A stretch of DNA of 64,000 nt from Eledone cirrhosa (Eukaryota), in assembly GCA_964016885.1 (NCBI GenBank), contig OZ024763.1, forward strand, positions 20,522,001 through 20,586,000, in the 5' to 3' direction. This document shows, in pieces, positions 1 to 11,770 of the stretch (within the stretch, counting starts at the first letter, position 1; each line of letters opens with the position of its first letter). The notes beneath the pieces are model-generated. The model worked only from the letters and a program-made list of their open reading frames with translations, did no database searches and had not been told where the DNA came from. Both the position numbers and the translations under genes were made by a program.

Positions 1-11
1 TATACACATAT

Positions 12-49
<38 letters not shown>

Positions 50-449
50 GTGTGTACAAGCCTACACATACACACACACATATATATACACACACACACA
101 TATACATACATTCACACAAACATACAACGTACATACATACACATACATGAATGCACTCCACTACATATTAACACACGCAAATAAATATAAGAAAAAAATA
201 TATAAATAATATTAACAAATATTTGACAGCGATACATGCCCCAGCTAACAGGACAGACACGCGTGGTAAGTAATACACACATAAGCGCATATACATACGT
301 TCGAAATAGTAAACACATACACACACTCTCACACATAAATATACATATACAAATACATAAACACGTACATACACATACATACGCAAACACGTACACGTAT
401 ACAATATAAACACACACATGTATATGTAATTATATACACACACACACAC

Positions 450-492
<43 letters not shown>

Positions 493-950
493 CAAAAATA
501 TAAAAATATAAACGCACACACACATATATAAATACGTAAACACACATATACATACATAGCTAAACAATTATACACATGCAAATACGTATATATCAAAAGA
601 ACGCACAACCAAATACAAACACACATACATATATACACACACACACACCCACACACAAACCCACACATACATAAAAATAAATAAAAACACACGCAACATA
701 TACATACATACACGTACATATACACATATACATACATACACATACATATATACATATACACATACATATACACAATATATACATACATATATATATATAC
801 ACACGCACACGCACACATACACACATGCATACACATACACACACACATATACATGTGTGTATGTGTAAAGCTCAGTATTAGATAAGACAAATGAACCTTA
901 CATAAACGTATATATAGTAGTAAAGTAATAAAGCCATACAAGGCAATTAA

Positions 951-1008
951 TCCATTCACCAGAGGTTTCTTAAAAGCAAAAAAAGTTTCCTTCAATCTTC
1001 AGAATGAA
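951..1008 (-). ncRNA. Type I hammerhead ribozyme, degenerate (GUG at the cleavage triplet)
   Basis: Minus strand reads ttcatt-CTGAAGA-ttgaagg...ttttaa-GAAA-cctctgg-TG-aatgga; paralog of 4549-4608. Confidence 0.65.
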
Positions 1009-1404
1009 ATATACAAATATATACACACATACAGACACGCACACACACACATATATATATATACATATATATATATATGTGTACATACATATATATATAT
1101 ATATATATATACAGACATATACACACACATACACACACATACATATACATACATACAAACACATATATATACATACACAAACATATACGTACACATATAC
1201 ATATATACACACAAAAATACATACACATACACATAGGTATGTGAAGGGCAAAACAAAAAGAATATATGGGGTGGGGGGCCTAGAGGAGGTAAAAATATAT
1301 AAAGAGAGGTAAGGGAGAAAAAAAATATTTTTTAAATACAAGAGTACAGAAGGTAGAAGCAGCAAAATAAAAGCCGTAGCAAAAGTAAAGAGCAGAGAAG
1401 GAGT

Positions 1405-3537
1405 TCAAGGCGGTTGATTTATCGTAGGAGTGTCAATCCAGTTACAGATCAGATGCGATTTCAGATGAGGACAGCATCTGAAGATCTCAGTCTTAGAGTT
1501 AAGGCAAGCGGAAGTGTCTCTCAAGTTTAGCAAGATCCTATACTTTTCAGTGGTACACAAAGAACAATTCTTTGTGCCCCTTTGGTACTCCCTCGAATGG
1601 TCTAATATAGACCAATCAATAGAGTACGGGATATTACTATCCTTGAGATCCCATACCTTACTTGCGAGGGCCGTTGATGTTCGTTTATCTGAGTGTTTAA
1701 AAGAAGCGACATGTGAGTAAAATCTGGTTTTAAACCTGTCCTGGGTCATACCGACATATCGCTCGCTTCTGGCTGGCTGGTTGTTGATAACTGGCGTTAT
1801 TTTAGCCTCATAAACGACAGATTTTGTTTTACATTTACCCTGCAATGGGCATTCATCCGGCTTCCTGCAACTGCATCCTGGATTTATCCTCGTACGTTTT
1901 GAACTGGTGATTTTGGATTTCATGGATGGACAACAAGAGTAGCTGATCTTAACTACATTCCTATTAAAAATCTTATAATATCTATGAATAGGAGGAAAAT
2001 GTTTGTCTAATAGTTCAAGGAATTTCCTTCCTACATTAGTTTTGACATTTAGAGAGAAGGGGGGTGTGAACCAAATAATCTTCCTTTTCCTGTTATTATG
2101 GTTAGTTTTAGGGGGGGGAATAGGTAAATAAGAAATATTTTCTGTAAAACCGCTGTTCTTAAGGGCTTTATTATAATAAGGGGCGGCTTTATTAAAAATG
2201 TCTATAGACGAAGATAAAGTAGAAATCCTACGGCTAATGTTAGGAATAAGATTTTTAAAAACTATAGGGGGATGGCAAGACTCTTTGTGTATATACCTAA
2301 GATTTTCATTAGGTTTATGATAGGGTTTAAAAGAGGCAGTAAGTAGATCAAGATTAATATCAAGAAAGTTAGCATTAGTAAGGTTCGTATCTATAGTAAT
2401 TTTAAGGTTAAGATTAGCAAAGGTACTAATTAAATCTTTACGGAATTTATCAAGATTATGGCCATTGGTGGTATGAGAAACTGCTAATCCGTCATCACGG
2501 TATAAACCGATATTATGGGACGGAAATTTCTCTTTGAGTGTGTGGAGAAGGAATAATCCTACTAAGTCGCACACATCCGCACTGTCATAAGAACCCATTG
2601 CAACATCGAAAGAGTTTTCAGGGTTTGACTTTTTAACCCAAATCTTATCATTAGTAAAAAGTAAAGTTTTTCTGGCATGAAAGATAATGTCCTCTTCTAA
2701 TTTGGAGATATTAATGAAGGGTCTTGCAAAATCTAAGGCTTTAGTTAATAAGGAAACGGTAATAGAAGGGTAAAAATCGACAATATCAAATTGTGTAAAT
2801 CTACACTTATTTTTACCTTGTATATTATTGAACCAAGAAATAACAGAGGAAGTATTTAGCCACTGTGAAAGGACAGTGTTAGTTCTAATTTGGATAATTA
2901 TTTTTCTTAAGATTTTCTTACTAGCAAGGCCAACCTCGGATTTAGCCGGGTTAATCAGTCTACAACTAGGTCGATTAGTAAAGTCCAATTTATGGTCTTT
3001 AAGGGTAATATATGCTTTACGCTTAGCTAAGCTTTCAATCCGGTTATCTATTTGTAAAGAACTAGCTAGTTCTTTAGCTTCTTTATTGATAGTATTGTAG
3101 CTATTATTATTAGTTAATTGATATTTATTGGTAATACTATTAGTTAAAAGTTGGTTATACAAATTACTATTAACTTCAAAGAGGTTTTTGGTTTTATCAG
3201 AAAGAACAAAAGTGTTTGTAGAATTTCTAAAATTAGAGATATCGTGAGAAAGTTTAGTTTGAAAATTATTAATGTACTTACGAAATTTGATATCACTAAT
3301 TAGATTAACGAGGTCTAATTCGAAGTTGGCCATGTCTTTAATTCTAGGTGGATATTTACGGGATTTAATGTCAAAATTATCTTTAGTATCAGCACTGAAT
3401 AGTCCATCGTAAACCATTGCCTTCCATCTCATTCTTTTAACGACTTGCTCGATTTTATCAATGAGGATTTTGGTGTATGTTGTGTTGGAAGGAGTGGGTA
3501 TGTTTTTGATAGAATAATCCAAATCATAAAGGTCCAT
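1405..3537 (-). CDS. Penelope-like element ORF (reverse transcriptase + C-terminal GIY-YIG endonuclease), Naiad-type, uninterrupted 710 aa
   Basis: RT motifs QFDIVDFYPSI, AMGSYDS, LYRDDGL. PLE thumb/linker IIWFTPPFS. CxCx5C motif CSCRKPDEC. GIY-YIG motif VVYE...YVGMT...FKTRFYSH. Terminal CSLC...CPH. Confidence 0.95.
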   Translation of the reverse strand: MDLYDLDYSIKNIPTPSNTTYTKILIDKIEQVVKRMRWKAMVYDGLFSADTKDNFDIKSRKYPPRIKDMANFELDLVNLISDIKFRKYINNFQTKLSHDISNFRNSTNTFVLSDKTKNLFEVNSNLYNQLLTNSITNKYQLTNNNSYNTINKEAKELASSLQIDNRIESLAKRKAYITLKDHKLDFTNRPSCRLINPAKSEVGLASKKILRKIIIQIRTNTVLSQWLNTSSVISWFNNIQGKNKCRFTQFDIVDFYPSITVSLLTKALDFARPFINISKLEEDIIFHARKTLLFTNDKIWVKKSNPENSFDVAMGSYDSADVCDLVGLFLLHTLKEKFPSHNIGLYRDDGLAVSHTTNGHNLDKFRKDLISTFANLNLKITIDTNLTNANFLDINLDLLTASFKPYHKPNENLRYIHKESCHPPIVFKNLIPNISRRISTLSSSIDIFNKAAPYYNKALKNSGFTENISYLPIPPPKTNHNNRKRKIIWFTPPFSLNVKTNVGRKFLELLDKHFPPIHRYYKIFNRNVVKISYSCCPSMKSKITSSKRTRINPGCSCRKPDECPLQGKCKTKSVVYEAKITPVINNQPARSERYVGMTQDRFKTRFYSHVASFKHSDKRTSTALASKVWDLKDSNIPYSIDWSILDHSREYQRGTKNCSLCTTEKYRILLNLRDTSACLNSKTEIFRCCPHLKSHLICNWIDTPTINQPP

Positions 3538-3573
3538 GGTGTATGTTGGTTAAATTCCTGAAATATATTTTTG

Positions 3574-3614
<41 letters not shown>

Positions 3615-4014
3615 GTGTGTGTGTGTGTATATAATTACATATACATGTGTGTGTTTATATTGTATACGTGTACGTGTTTGCGTATGTATGTGTATGTACG
3701 TGTTTATGTATTTGTATATGTATATTTATGTGTGAGAGTGTGTGTATGTGTTTACTATTTCGAACGTATGTATATGCGCTTATGTGTGTATTACTTACCA
3801 CGCGTGTCTGTCCTGTTAGCTGGGGCATGTATCGCTGTCAAATATTTGTTAATATTATTTATATATTTTTTTCTTATATTTATTTGCGTGTGTTAATATG
3901 TAGTGGAGTGCATTCATGTATGTGTATGTATGTACGTTGTATGTTTGTGTGAATGTATGTATATGTGTGTGTGTGTATATATATGTGTGTGTGTATGTGT
4001 AGGCTTGTACACAC

Positions 4015-4052
<38 letters not shown>

Positions 4053-4141
4053 ATATGTGTATATGTGTGTATATGTATGTGTATATATGTATATATATAT
4101 ATATATATATGTATGGATATGTACATGTGTATATGTATGTA

Positions 4142-4173
<32 letters not shown>

Positions 4174-4282
4174 CGTGTGTATGTATGAATATATGTATGT
4201 GTATATGTGTGTATATATATGTGTATGTGTGTGTAGGTGTACGCTCTTTTTATATATATATATGTGTATGTATGTGTATGTA

Positions 4283-4341
<59 letters not shown>

Positions 4342-4548
4342 GTATGTGTATGTGTGTATGCGTGCAAATTATATGTGTATATATATGTGTGTGTGTGTGT
4401 AAGTATGCTTTGGGGTTTTTTTGTGTGTGTTTGCATGTGTAGTTTTATTTTATTTTATTTTTCCTTTCCTTCTCCCTTTTCCAGCCTCACTTTCATATAG
4501 ATTGCATTTTCGTTTTTAGAATCCATATTCAATAAACAAACCAGGATT

Positions 4549-4608
4549 TTTCATTCTGAGGATTGAAAGCAAAACCTTTTGCTTTTAAGAAACCACTGGT
4601 AAATGGAA
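4549..4608 (+). ncRNA. Type I hammerhead ribozyme in the PLE pseudo-LTR
   Basis: ttcatt-CTGAGGA-ttgaaagcaaaa/ttttgcttttaa (stem II)-GAAA-ccactgg (near-palindromic stem III)-TA-aatggaa. Confidence 0.85.
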
Positions 4609-4710
4609 TAATTGCCTTATGTTGTTTATTACATAATAATAATAATTAAGCTCTGTTGCTTACATAGAGCACTCTTTTTTCCTGGACTTTTCCGATGGAA
4701 TTACTTCATT

Positions 4711-4749
<39 letters not shown>

Positions 4750-4752
<3 letters not shown>

Positions 4753-5770
4753 CTTTTGGCTGCACTTCCCGACAGCATTCGTTAGCTTGCTGGCAACCAG
4801 AGCTTCGATTATGCTGTACTACTTTCTTGTATTATTTGGATTTGCAGTATTGGTAGAGGGTCGGACACCATGCTTTGTAGCATAGAGTTACCTCCCTTTA
4901 TGATCTGAGTTCAAATCCCGCCGAGGTTAACTTTACCTTTCATCCTTACGGGGTCGATAAAATAAAGTACCAGTAATGCACTGGGTAATTTATGGCCTTG
5001 TGCCAAAAGTAGAAACAATTATTATCTCCTAGAGTTCAAAACGATCTGAGTTCAAATCCCGCCGAGGTTGACTTTGCCTTTCATCCTTATGGGGTCGATA
5101 AAATAAAGTACCAGTAATGTACTGGATAATTGCTGGTCTTGTGCCTAAAGTAGAAACAATTATTATCTCCTAGATTTAATGATTAATTGATTAATTTTAT
5201 TAGACAATTCTATTGATTGGTTAATTGTTTATGTTTGTTTAATAACATGTAGTTGAGAGCTTTCATTCGGTTTGTGTAGAGGATTTAAATCCTTTGTTCA
5301 AATTTTGAATTTGATTGCCAAAACCGGGGGGTTACCTCCCTTCGGAGAAACCACGTGACTACTGGCAGTGTTTACTACTAGTTCTTGCAACCGGCGGAGG
5401 CAGAACGAAAACTTGTTGACGAAGTAAATTCCACTGTTCTATCTTCCAAAGCCCAATTAACTTGCAGGCCCCTGCAAATGGATTTTGTTGATTTCGGATT
5501 TACAGAAACCTAGTGGAGATGTTATATAATTTTATGTAATATGTCCACGATGGTCCAGATAACAGTCAAACTTTTCCGAGTCGGTTTTTTCGTTGTTCTG
5601 GTCCTAGCGGTTCGCATTTCGGTCGCTGGCTTCAATTTGCACAGCTGTCTAAATGTAATGTCATAACTCTAAGGTAAAATTCCTTATTGAGTGCTTTTGG
5701 CTGCACTTCCCGACAGCATTCGTTAGCTTGCCTGCAACCAGAGCTTCGATTATGCTGTACTACCTTCTTG

Positions 5771-5772
<2 letters not shown>
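4750..5772. repeat. ~83-bp direct repeat, copies at ~4750-4832 and ~5690-5772
   Basis: GTGCTTTTGGCTGCACTTCCCGACAGCATTCGTTAGCTTGC... occurs twice, each copy next to a microsatellite. Confidence 0.8.
4836..5163 (+). mobile_element. tRNA-derived SINE family A (about 1.5 tandem copies). Other copies at ~11785-11975(-), 21110-21533(+), 45390-45580(-), 46568-46760(-), 48168-48358(-), 48797-49078(+)
   Basis: A-box-like TGGCAGTATCGGTAGAG, B-box GAGTTCAAATCC, conserved core GCCTTTCATCCTTACGGGGTCGATAAAATAAAGTACCAG (resembles the Meta-SINE domain), tail ...GTAGAAACAATTATT. Confidence 0.85.
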
Positions 5773-5813
<41 letters not shown>

Positions 5814-6246
5814 ATGTGTGTTCTGTCTTCACTGGTGCCAAGCTGTACCAGACTTGTACCAGTCTCCCTTGGACAACATCTGAGGTGTGGGGATGCGGAG
5901 ACTGGTATGTATTGACAACTGATGGTCTTCCAACAAAAACACCTTGCCTCGGTTTATATCTTGGAAGGAAACTTTCTGGGTGCAACCTCCCCTTGAGTTC
6001 ATCTTGTGAACCTAATCAACTTTAATGTTAATACAGTCACTTCAGCTGAGAACACTCAACAAGTATAACTTAATTTCTAATATTTTAAGTACTATGAGAG
6101 AGGTTTTCAAGGAAAATGACAAAATGGCAGTTTAAGTACTTCCACTTGCCATAAGTGGATGTGCATGAATCTTCACTTTAAGAGCATAATGCTTTATTGT
6201 TAAGTTTCTTGAATTGTATGATAGATATATGTGTGTTTATATATAT

Positions 6247-6478
6247 ACAGTTCTCCCCCAGTATTCACGGGGTGTATATTCCTAGAGCACCCGCAAAATG
6301 TCTATAAATGTCCAAACATAACATAAAATATAGGCCGGCAAATACAGTATATTGTCATTAATAATTTAGCGTTAAAAAGAGTGAAAATATATATATTGCC
6401 ACGAAAAAAGCCATAACAAAAATATTTACAAATCCGCGAATATGCTGTGGTTTCCACGAACAATTATTAGAGTAATTT
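6247..6478 (+). mobile_element. Tc1/pogo(Tigger)-like MITE fragment; related copy at 44508-45028
   Basis: TA|CAGTTCTCCCCCAGTATTCACGGGG start; internal segments are shared with 44508-45028, which ends ...ACACTG|TA. Confidence 0.55.
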
Positions 6479-6479
6479 T

Positions 6480-7495
6480 TATTGTAGCACCAACACGACC
6501 ACTTTACAGTGTGGGCTGGGTGCTTTTTATCGTGGCACCAACACAACCACTTTACAGTATAGACAGGGTGCTTTTTATCGTGGCACCAACACAACCACTT
6601 TACAGTGTGGACAGGGTGCTTTTTATCGTGGCACCAACACAACCACTTTACAGTGTGGGCTGGGTGCTTTTTATCGTGACACCAACACGACCACTTTACA
6701 GTGTGGGCTGGGTGCTTGTTATTGTGGCACCAACACAACCACTTTACAGTGTGGGCTGGGTGCTTTTTATCGTGGCAGCAACACGACCACTTTACAGTGT
6801 GGGCTGGGTGCTTTTTATCGTGGCAGCAACACGACCACTTTACAGTGTGGGCTGGGTGCTTGTTATTGTGGCACCAACACAACCACTTTACAGTGTGCGC
6901 TGGGTGCTTTTTATCGTGGCACCAACACGACCACTTTACAGTGTGGGCTGGGTGCTTTTTATCGTGACACCAACACGACCACTTTACAGTGTGGGCTGGG
7001 TGCTTTTTATCGTGGCAGCAACACGACCACTTTACAGTGTGGGCTGGGTGCTTTTTATCGTGACACCAACACGACCACTTTACAGTGTGGGCTGGGTGCT
7101 TTTTATCGTGACACCAACACGACCACTTTACAGTGAGGGCTGGATGCTTTTTATCGTGACACCAACACGACCACTTTACAGTGTGGGCTGGGTGCTTTTT
7201 ATCGTGACACCAACACGACCACTTTACAGTGTGGGCTGGGTGCTTTTTATCGTGACACCAACACGACCACTTTACAGTGTGGGCTGGGTGCTTTTTATCG
7301 TGACACCAACACGACCACTTTACAGTGTGGGCTGGGTGCTTGTTATGGCACCAACACCACCACTTTACAGTGTGGGCCGGGTGCTTTTTTTCGTGACATG
7401 ACACCAACACAACTACTTTATAGTGTGGGCCGGGTGCTTTTTTTCGTGACATGACACCAACACAACTACTTTATAGTGTGGGCCGGGTGCTTTTA
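6480..7495. repeat. 48-bp minisatellite (~21 units) related to the RTE/SINE 3'UTR motif
   Basis: Unit TCGTGACACCAACACGACCACTTTACAGTGTGGGCTGGGTGCTTTTTA; the ORF track shows 16-aa periodicity. Confidence 0.92.
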
Positions 7496-7724
7496 TAAAT
7501 TTCAACTAAAAATGGATGAGACATGGCCACAAACCTAGCGCTCCTTGTAAACATTTCAAAACAAGGCAACAAAGAAGCAAGCTTATCAGAACAATTCCAC
7601 TGAAAGGGATACAATATAACTTACCTAATATGTCACTGTCACGGTTCAATAAAGTCATTTAAATTGATTTAATGAATAAAAATAAATAACCAAAAGAAAA
7701 GAGAATGTTTGCTGGGATATTTAC

Positions 7725-7815
7725 CCACAATCCAGAGTGTTTGAAAGCTGATGGTAATGCTAAAAGACCAGTTCCAATGTTTCCTTTCAAGAAATTCATT
7801 AACGAGGACATATTG
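7725..7815 (-). CDS. Coding exon of an SLC36/PAT-like proton-coupled amino acid transporter (TM1 region)
   Basis: Acceptor tctctgttgcAG, donor GTAAAT. Translates (S)NMSSLMNFLKGNIGTGLLALPSAFKHSGLW, matching the SLC36 hallmark LKGNIGTG.LA.P.AF..GL. Phase fits the exon at 8673-8853. Confidence 0.9.
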
Positions 7816-7879
7816 CTGCAACAGAGATAAGAACAGACAATAGAATCAGGAGGTGAGGGAGGGGAATGGCATGATTCCT

Positions 7880-8620
7880 TTCAATACACACACACATAAA
7901 TATACACACTTACATACACATTGAGGGTTCTACACGCACACACACACAAGTACCACATACACATTCACAGATGGTTTTACACACACACACAATTACAGAT
8001 GATTTTACACACACACACAAAGTACCACATACACATTCACAATGGTTTTACACACACACACACAATTAGATGATTTTACACACACACACATACACATACA
8101 CAATTAGATGATTTTACACACACACACACACACAATTAGATGATTTTACACACACACAAAGTACCATATACACATTCACAGATGGTTTTACACACACACA
8201 CACACACAATTACAGATGATTTTACACACACACACAAATACCACATACACATTCACACATGGTTCTACACACACACACATACAAAGTACCACATACACAT
8301 TCAAAAATGTTTCTATACTCACAAACTCCCTCACTCTCACACACAAACTCTTTCACTCTCACACATAAACTCCCTCACTCAAACTCCCAAAATCCCTCAC
8401 TCTCATTCATAAACTCCTTCACTCACAAACTCCCTCGCTCACACTCACAAAATCCCTCACTCACACTCAAAAACTGTCACTCTCACTTAAAAACTCCTTC
8501 ACTTTCACCCAAAAACTCCCCCGCTCACACTCAAAAACTCCTTCACTCTCACTCAAAAACTGTCACTCTCATTTAAAAACTCCTTCATTCTCATTCAAAA
8601 ACTCCTTCACTCTCACTCAA
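7880..8620. repeat. CA-rich degenerate minisatellites (intronic)
   Basis: Recurrent ACAATTAGATGATTTTACACAC and CTCACTCAAAAACTCC units. Confidence 0.75.
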
Positions 8621-8672
8621 GCATAACGAAAAAAAACAAAAAAAAACTTCAATCAACGCAGTCAATGCTTAC

Positions 8673-8853
8673 GATATGGAACCTTGCATGAGGGCTCGGC
8701 CATCTTGTACGGTCCGTTTTTTGTCTGCGGGATTCACCTCGCTCTTATTTTCTACAATTACCGCCACAACTGGTGTTACATTCTCGGAACTGTCAGGAAT
8801 CAACTCCTCCACTGACTGAGAGGCAGCTTTATGTTTCGTCTTCATCGTAGTTA
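8673..8853 (-). CDS. Probable first coding exon of the SLC36-like transporter (ATG at 8845)
   Basis: Polypyrimidine acceptor ttctctttctatccAG, donor GTAAGC. Encodes MKTKHKAASQSVEELIPDSSENV...MQGSI, then TC|C joins in frame to the exon at 7725-7815. Confidence 0.8.
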
Positions 8854-9079
8854 CTGGATAGAAAGAGAAAGAGGGAATGTTGTATATATATAACACAAGT
8901 AGGGAAAAGCGGATGTAAAATGATGATGATGATGATGATATATAATATATGTATAAGAAAATTAGTTGTTTTTTATTTAAATGAAAAAAAAACGAGATGT
9001 CCTACACGAGTGAAACAAATAAATATTCTTAAAAAGACTCCAGTTGCATTTTCGATTTCATCTTTTTTCCTTATATATA

Positions 9080-9420
9080 TATATAGTAATAATAATAAAT
9101 TTGAAGACTAAAATCCAAAGAGGGCTCGATAAGAATAAATATATATCAAATATATAAGAACCGTAGAGCAAATATTTATTAAAATAACAGATTAAAGTTT
9201 AAGCAAAGAATCGCTGCTTAACAGGATCTTCTGAAACTATAAAAATCAATCTGTAAACGCAGAAGTAAATATTTCGAAAAACGTTGCAACCGAAGGAAGA
9301 CAAGCAGACAATACTTTGGTTCGTGGAAACGTTCCCTGGCAAAGAACGGAAAAAAACGAAGATAATACGTCATTATTTGGAGTGATTCTTTGCTTAAACT
9401 TTAATCTGTTATTTTAATAA
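9080..9420 (-). mobile_element. PLE pseudo-LTR fragment of the CAGAAGA-hammerhead family, internally deleted, with a short inverted end
   Basis: Homologous to 34824-35290 and 54215-54330; ~9176-9211 is inverted at ~9385-9420. Confidence 0.7.
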
Positions 9421-9470
<50 letters not shown>

Positions 9471-9627
9471 TGTAGAAATAAACACAGTAAATTGTGTTTA
9501 AAATTACGAGGGTTAAACACACAATTTACTGTGTTTATTTCTACATATATTATAAAATGCTCAGTATATATACTTTGATCTTGTTAATTATAGGGTATTA
9601 AGATGAGTATCTAACTCTGCCTTTTAT

Positions 9628-9670
<43 letters not shown>

Positions 9671-9727
9671 ATTAGAAAGTGAACAACACAATATATAGCT
9701 ACTCTCATCTTGTATTTCCATATATTC

Positions 9728-9809
9728 ATAACCTCTCTGTCTGATGAGCAAACTAGACGTATGTTAATATTGTCTAGGGCCCTGAAACCTTTGGTAATGG
9801 AGTAGTTAT
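9728..9809 (+). ncRNA. Type I hammerhead ribozyme (solo PLE pLTR fragment)
   Basis: ctctgt-CTGATGA-..ctagac/gtctag..-GAAA-cctttgg-TA-atggag; homolog at 53739-53820. Confidence 0.75.
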
Positions 9810-10040
9810 ATATTGTGTTGTTCACTCTCGAAATAGTTCTGTTCTATACATAGAGCAATCTTTTTTCCTATGCTTTTTCTTCGGAAATACTTAACGTGTG
9901 TGTGTGTGTGTGTGTGTGGTGTGTGTGTATGTGTGTGTGTGTGTGTGTAAAAGGTAAAGAGACATAACAAAAATAACAAAACAAATGACAGTACATGGAA
10001 GGAATATATTAGTTTAACGCTTAAAATAGCAGGAAGAGAG

Positions 10041-10076
10041 TCTTAACGTTTCAGACGCTAGTCTTTCATCAGAGGA
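10041..10076 (-). ncRNA. Minimal hammerhead ribozyme (palindromic stem III type)
   Basis: Minus strand tcct-CTGATGA-aagac-tagc-gtct-GAAACGTT-aaga; homolog at 35593-35628. Confidence 0.75.
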
Positions 10077-10186
10077 AAGAATGAGAAATTAAAGAAGAAA
10101 TAGTAAGACTGAGGAGACAGGCAGGACTGAAAGAGAAAAACATTTTTTTAGAGAATATTCATGTTGCCATCTCTTATATATATATA

Positions 10187-11770
10187 TCATCATCATCATC
10201 ATCATTTTACGTCCGCTTTTCCCTGCTTGCAAGGGTGGGACGGGTCTTATTCAGCACAGCATCTCTCCACTCGTCACGGTCCCTCGTCATCTCCACCGTG
10301 AGCTTCAATGATCTGAGGTCTGTTCTCACCACCTCCGCCCATGTTTTTTGTGGTCTACCTCTACCACGTCTTCCTTCAACTGGCAATTCCTGGCACTTCT
10401 TCACCCATCGGTCATCCTCCATGCGCATCACATATCCATACCACCTCAGTCTCCTCTCCCGTACACTACATTCTATCCCTCTCAGACACAGTTTCTCTCT
10501 CAACACATTTAAGCTGGGTCGTTCACGCACATTTACACTGCACATCCAACGGAGCATGCTTGCCTCATTTCTCTCCAGCCGTCGCATGTCCTCTGCAGTT
10601 GCTGCCCATGTCTCACTACCATGCAGCATCGCGCTCCTCACACAGGCATCATACAACCGGCCTTTCGTACGCAGGGAGAAACCCTTCTTCGTCAACAGAG
10701 GAAGCAGTTCCCTAAACTTCTTCCAACCCGTCCTTATTCTAGATACTATGGCCTCGGAACACCCTCCTCCCATGCTAATCTGATCTCCTAGGTACCGGAA
10801 GCTATCCACCACTTCTATAGCGCCCTCCTGCATTTGAAAAATGTGTCTATCAATGCGACTTCTACTGTCTAATTTCCCTGTACATCTACTGCATACATAT
10901 TTCTCCCTACCTGTTAGTTTGCCTGCTATCCCGCTACATCTCTTGTGTACCCAAGATCTGCATTGTGTGCATTTTATAGAATTTATGCCAGTTCCTTTTC
11001 TGCATATCGAACATGGCCATTTCCCTGACGGAATCAGGGTTTTGTCCTCTTTTCTACTCATCAACACTTTTGTCTTAGCTAGATTCACTCTCAGTCCTCT
11101 TGCTTCCAACTGCTCTTTCCATAGCCAGAATTTATTCTCTAGCTCCTCTACTGATTCTGCTATAAGAACCAGATCGTCAGCATAGAGAAGTTCCCATGGA
11201 CAGCCAGTCTTAAACTCCTCTGTTATGGCTTGGAGGACTATAATGAACAACAGCGGGCTGAGGACCGAACCCCGATGTACTCCTACTTGTATCTGGAATT
11301 CCTCACTAAACTCCATTCCTACCCTGACTTTACTGAGAGTACCTCTGTTCAAAGTTTGCACTGTCCTCACAAGCCATTCCTCATCACCTAGCTTCCTTAG
11401 GGACCACCAGATGACAGATCGGGGTACCCTATCAAAGGCCTTCTCTAGGTCAACAAAGGCTAAGTATAGTGGCTTATTCTTCTCTAAGAACCTCTCTTGC
11501 AATTGTCTCACCAAGAAGAGGGCATCTGTTGTACTCTTCCCAGGCACAAAACCAAACTGCATCTCATCTAGTTTGACCCTTTCTCTAATTAGTTGTGCTA
11601 AAATCCTTTCTGCCACTTTCATAACCTGATCTATCAGTTTTATACCCCTATAATTGCTCCTCTCCAAAGCATCCCCTTTACCTTTGTAGCAATTTATGAG
11701 AATACTGCTGCACCAGTCTTTGGGTATGACACCACCATATATAGCCTGATTGATGATGCGTGCAACCAGT
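10187..11770 (-). mobile_element. 5'-truncated RTE-clade LINE (RT ORF 10207-11667) with (ATG)n tail
   Basis: QFGFVPGKSTTDA, AFVDLEKAFDRV, GSVLSPLLF, LLYADDLV, RRLRWYG..., GRGRPQKTW; embedded C4HC3 finger. Confidence 0.95.

Larger units (their letters stand above)
1..4700 (-). mobile_element. Penelope-like (Naiad-type) retroelement with microsatellite-rich 3' region and an inverted pseudo-LTR at its 5' end; runs off the left edge
   Basis: 1-~501 is the reverse complement of ~3564-4050, including unique words such as CGCGTGTCTGTCCTGTTAGCTGGGGCATG. Hammerhead motifs occur at 951-1008 (-) and 4549-4608 (+). Confidence 0.88.

Noticed and set aside
970-1407. Selenocysteine read-through of the PLE TGA stop into in-frame ORF 970-1365 (some Naiad elements encode selenoproteins)
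   Set aside because: All conserved Cys positions already use Cys codons, the TGA follows a complete C-terminus, the downstream frame is microsatellite, and no SECIS was recognised.
6358-7452. 364-aa Cys/His/Trp repeat protein
   Set aside because: It is a 48-bp minisatellite related to the RTE 3'UTR; it is open in several frames because the unit length is a multiple of 3.
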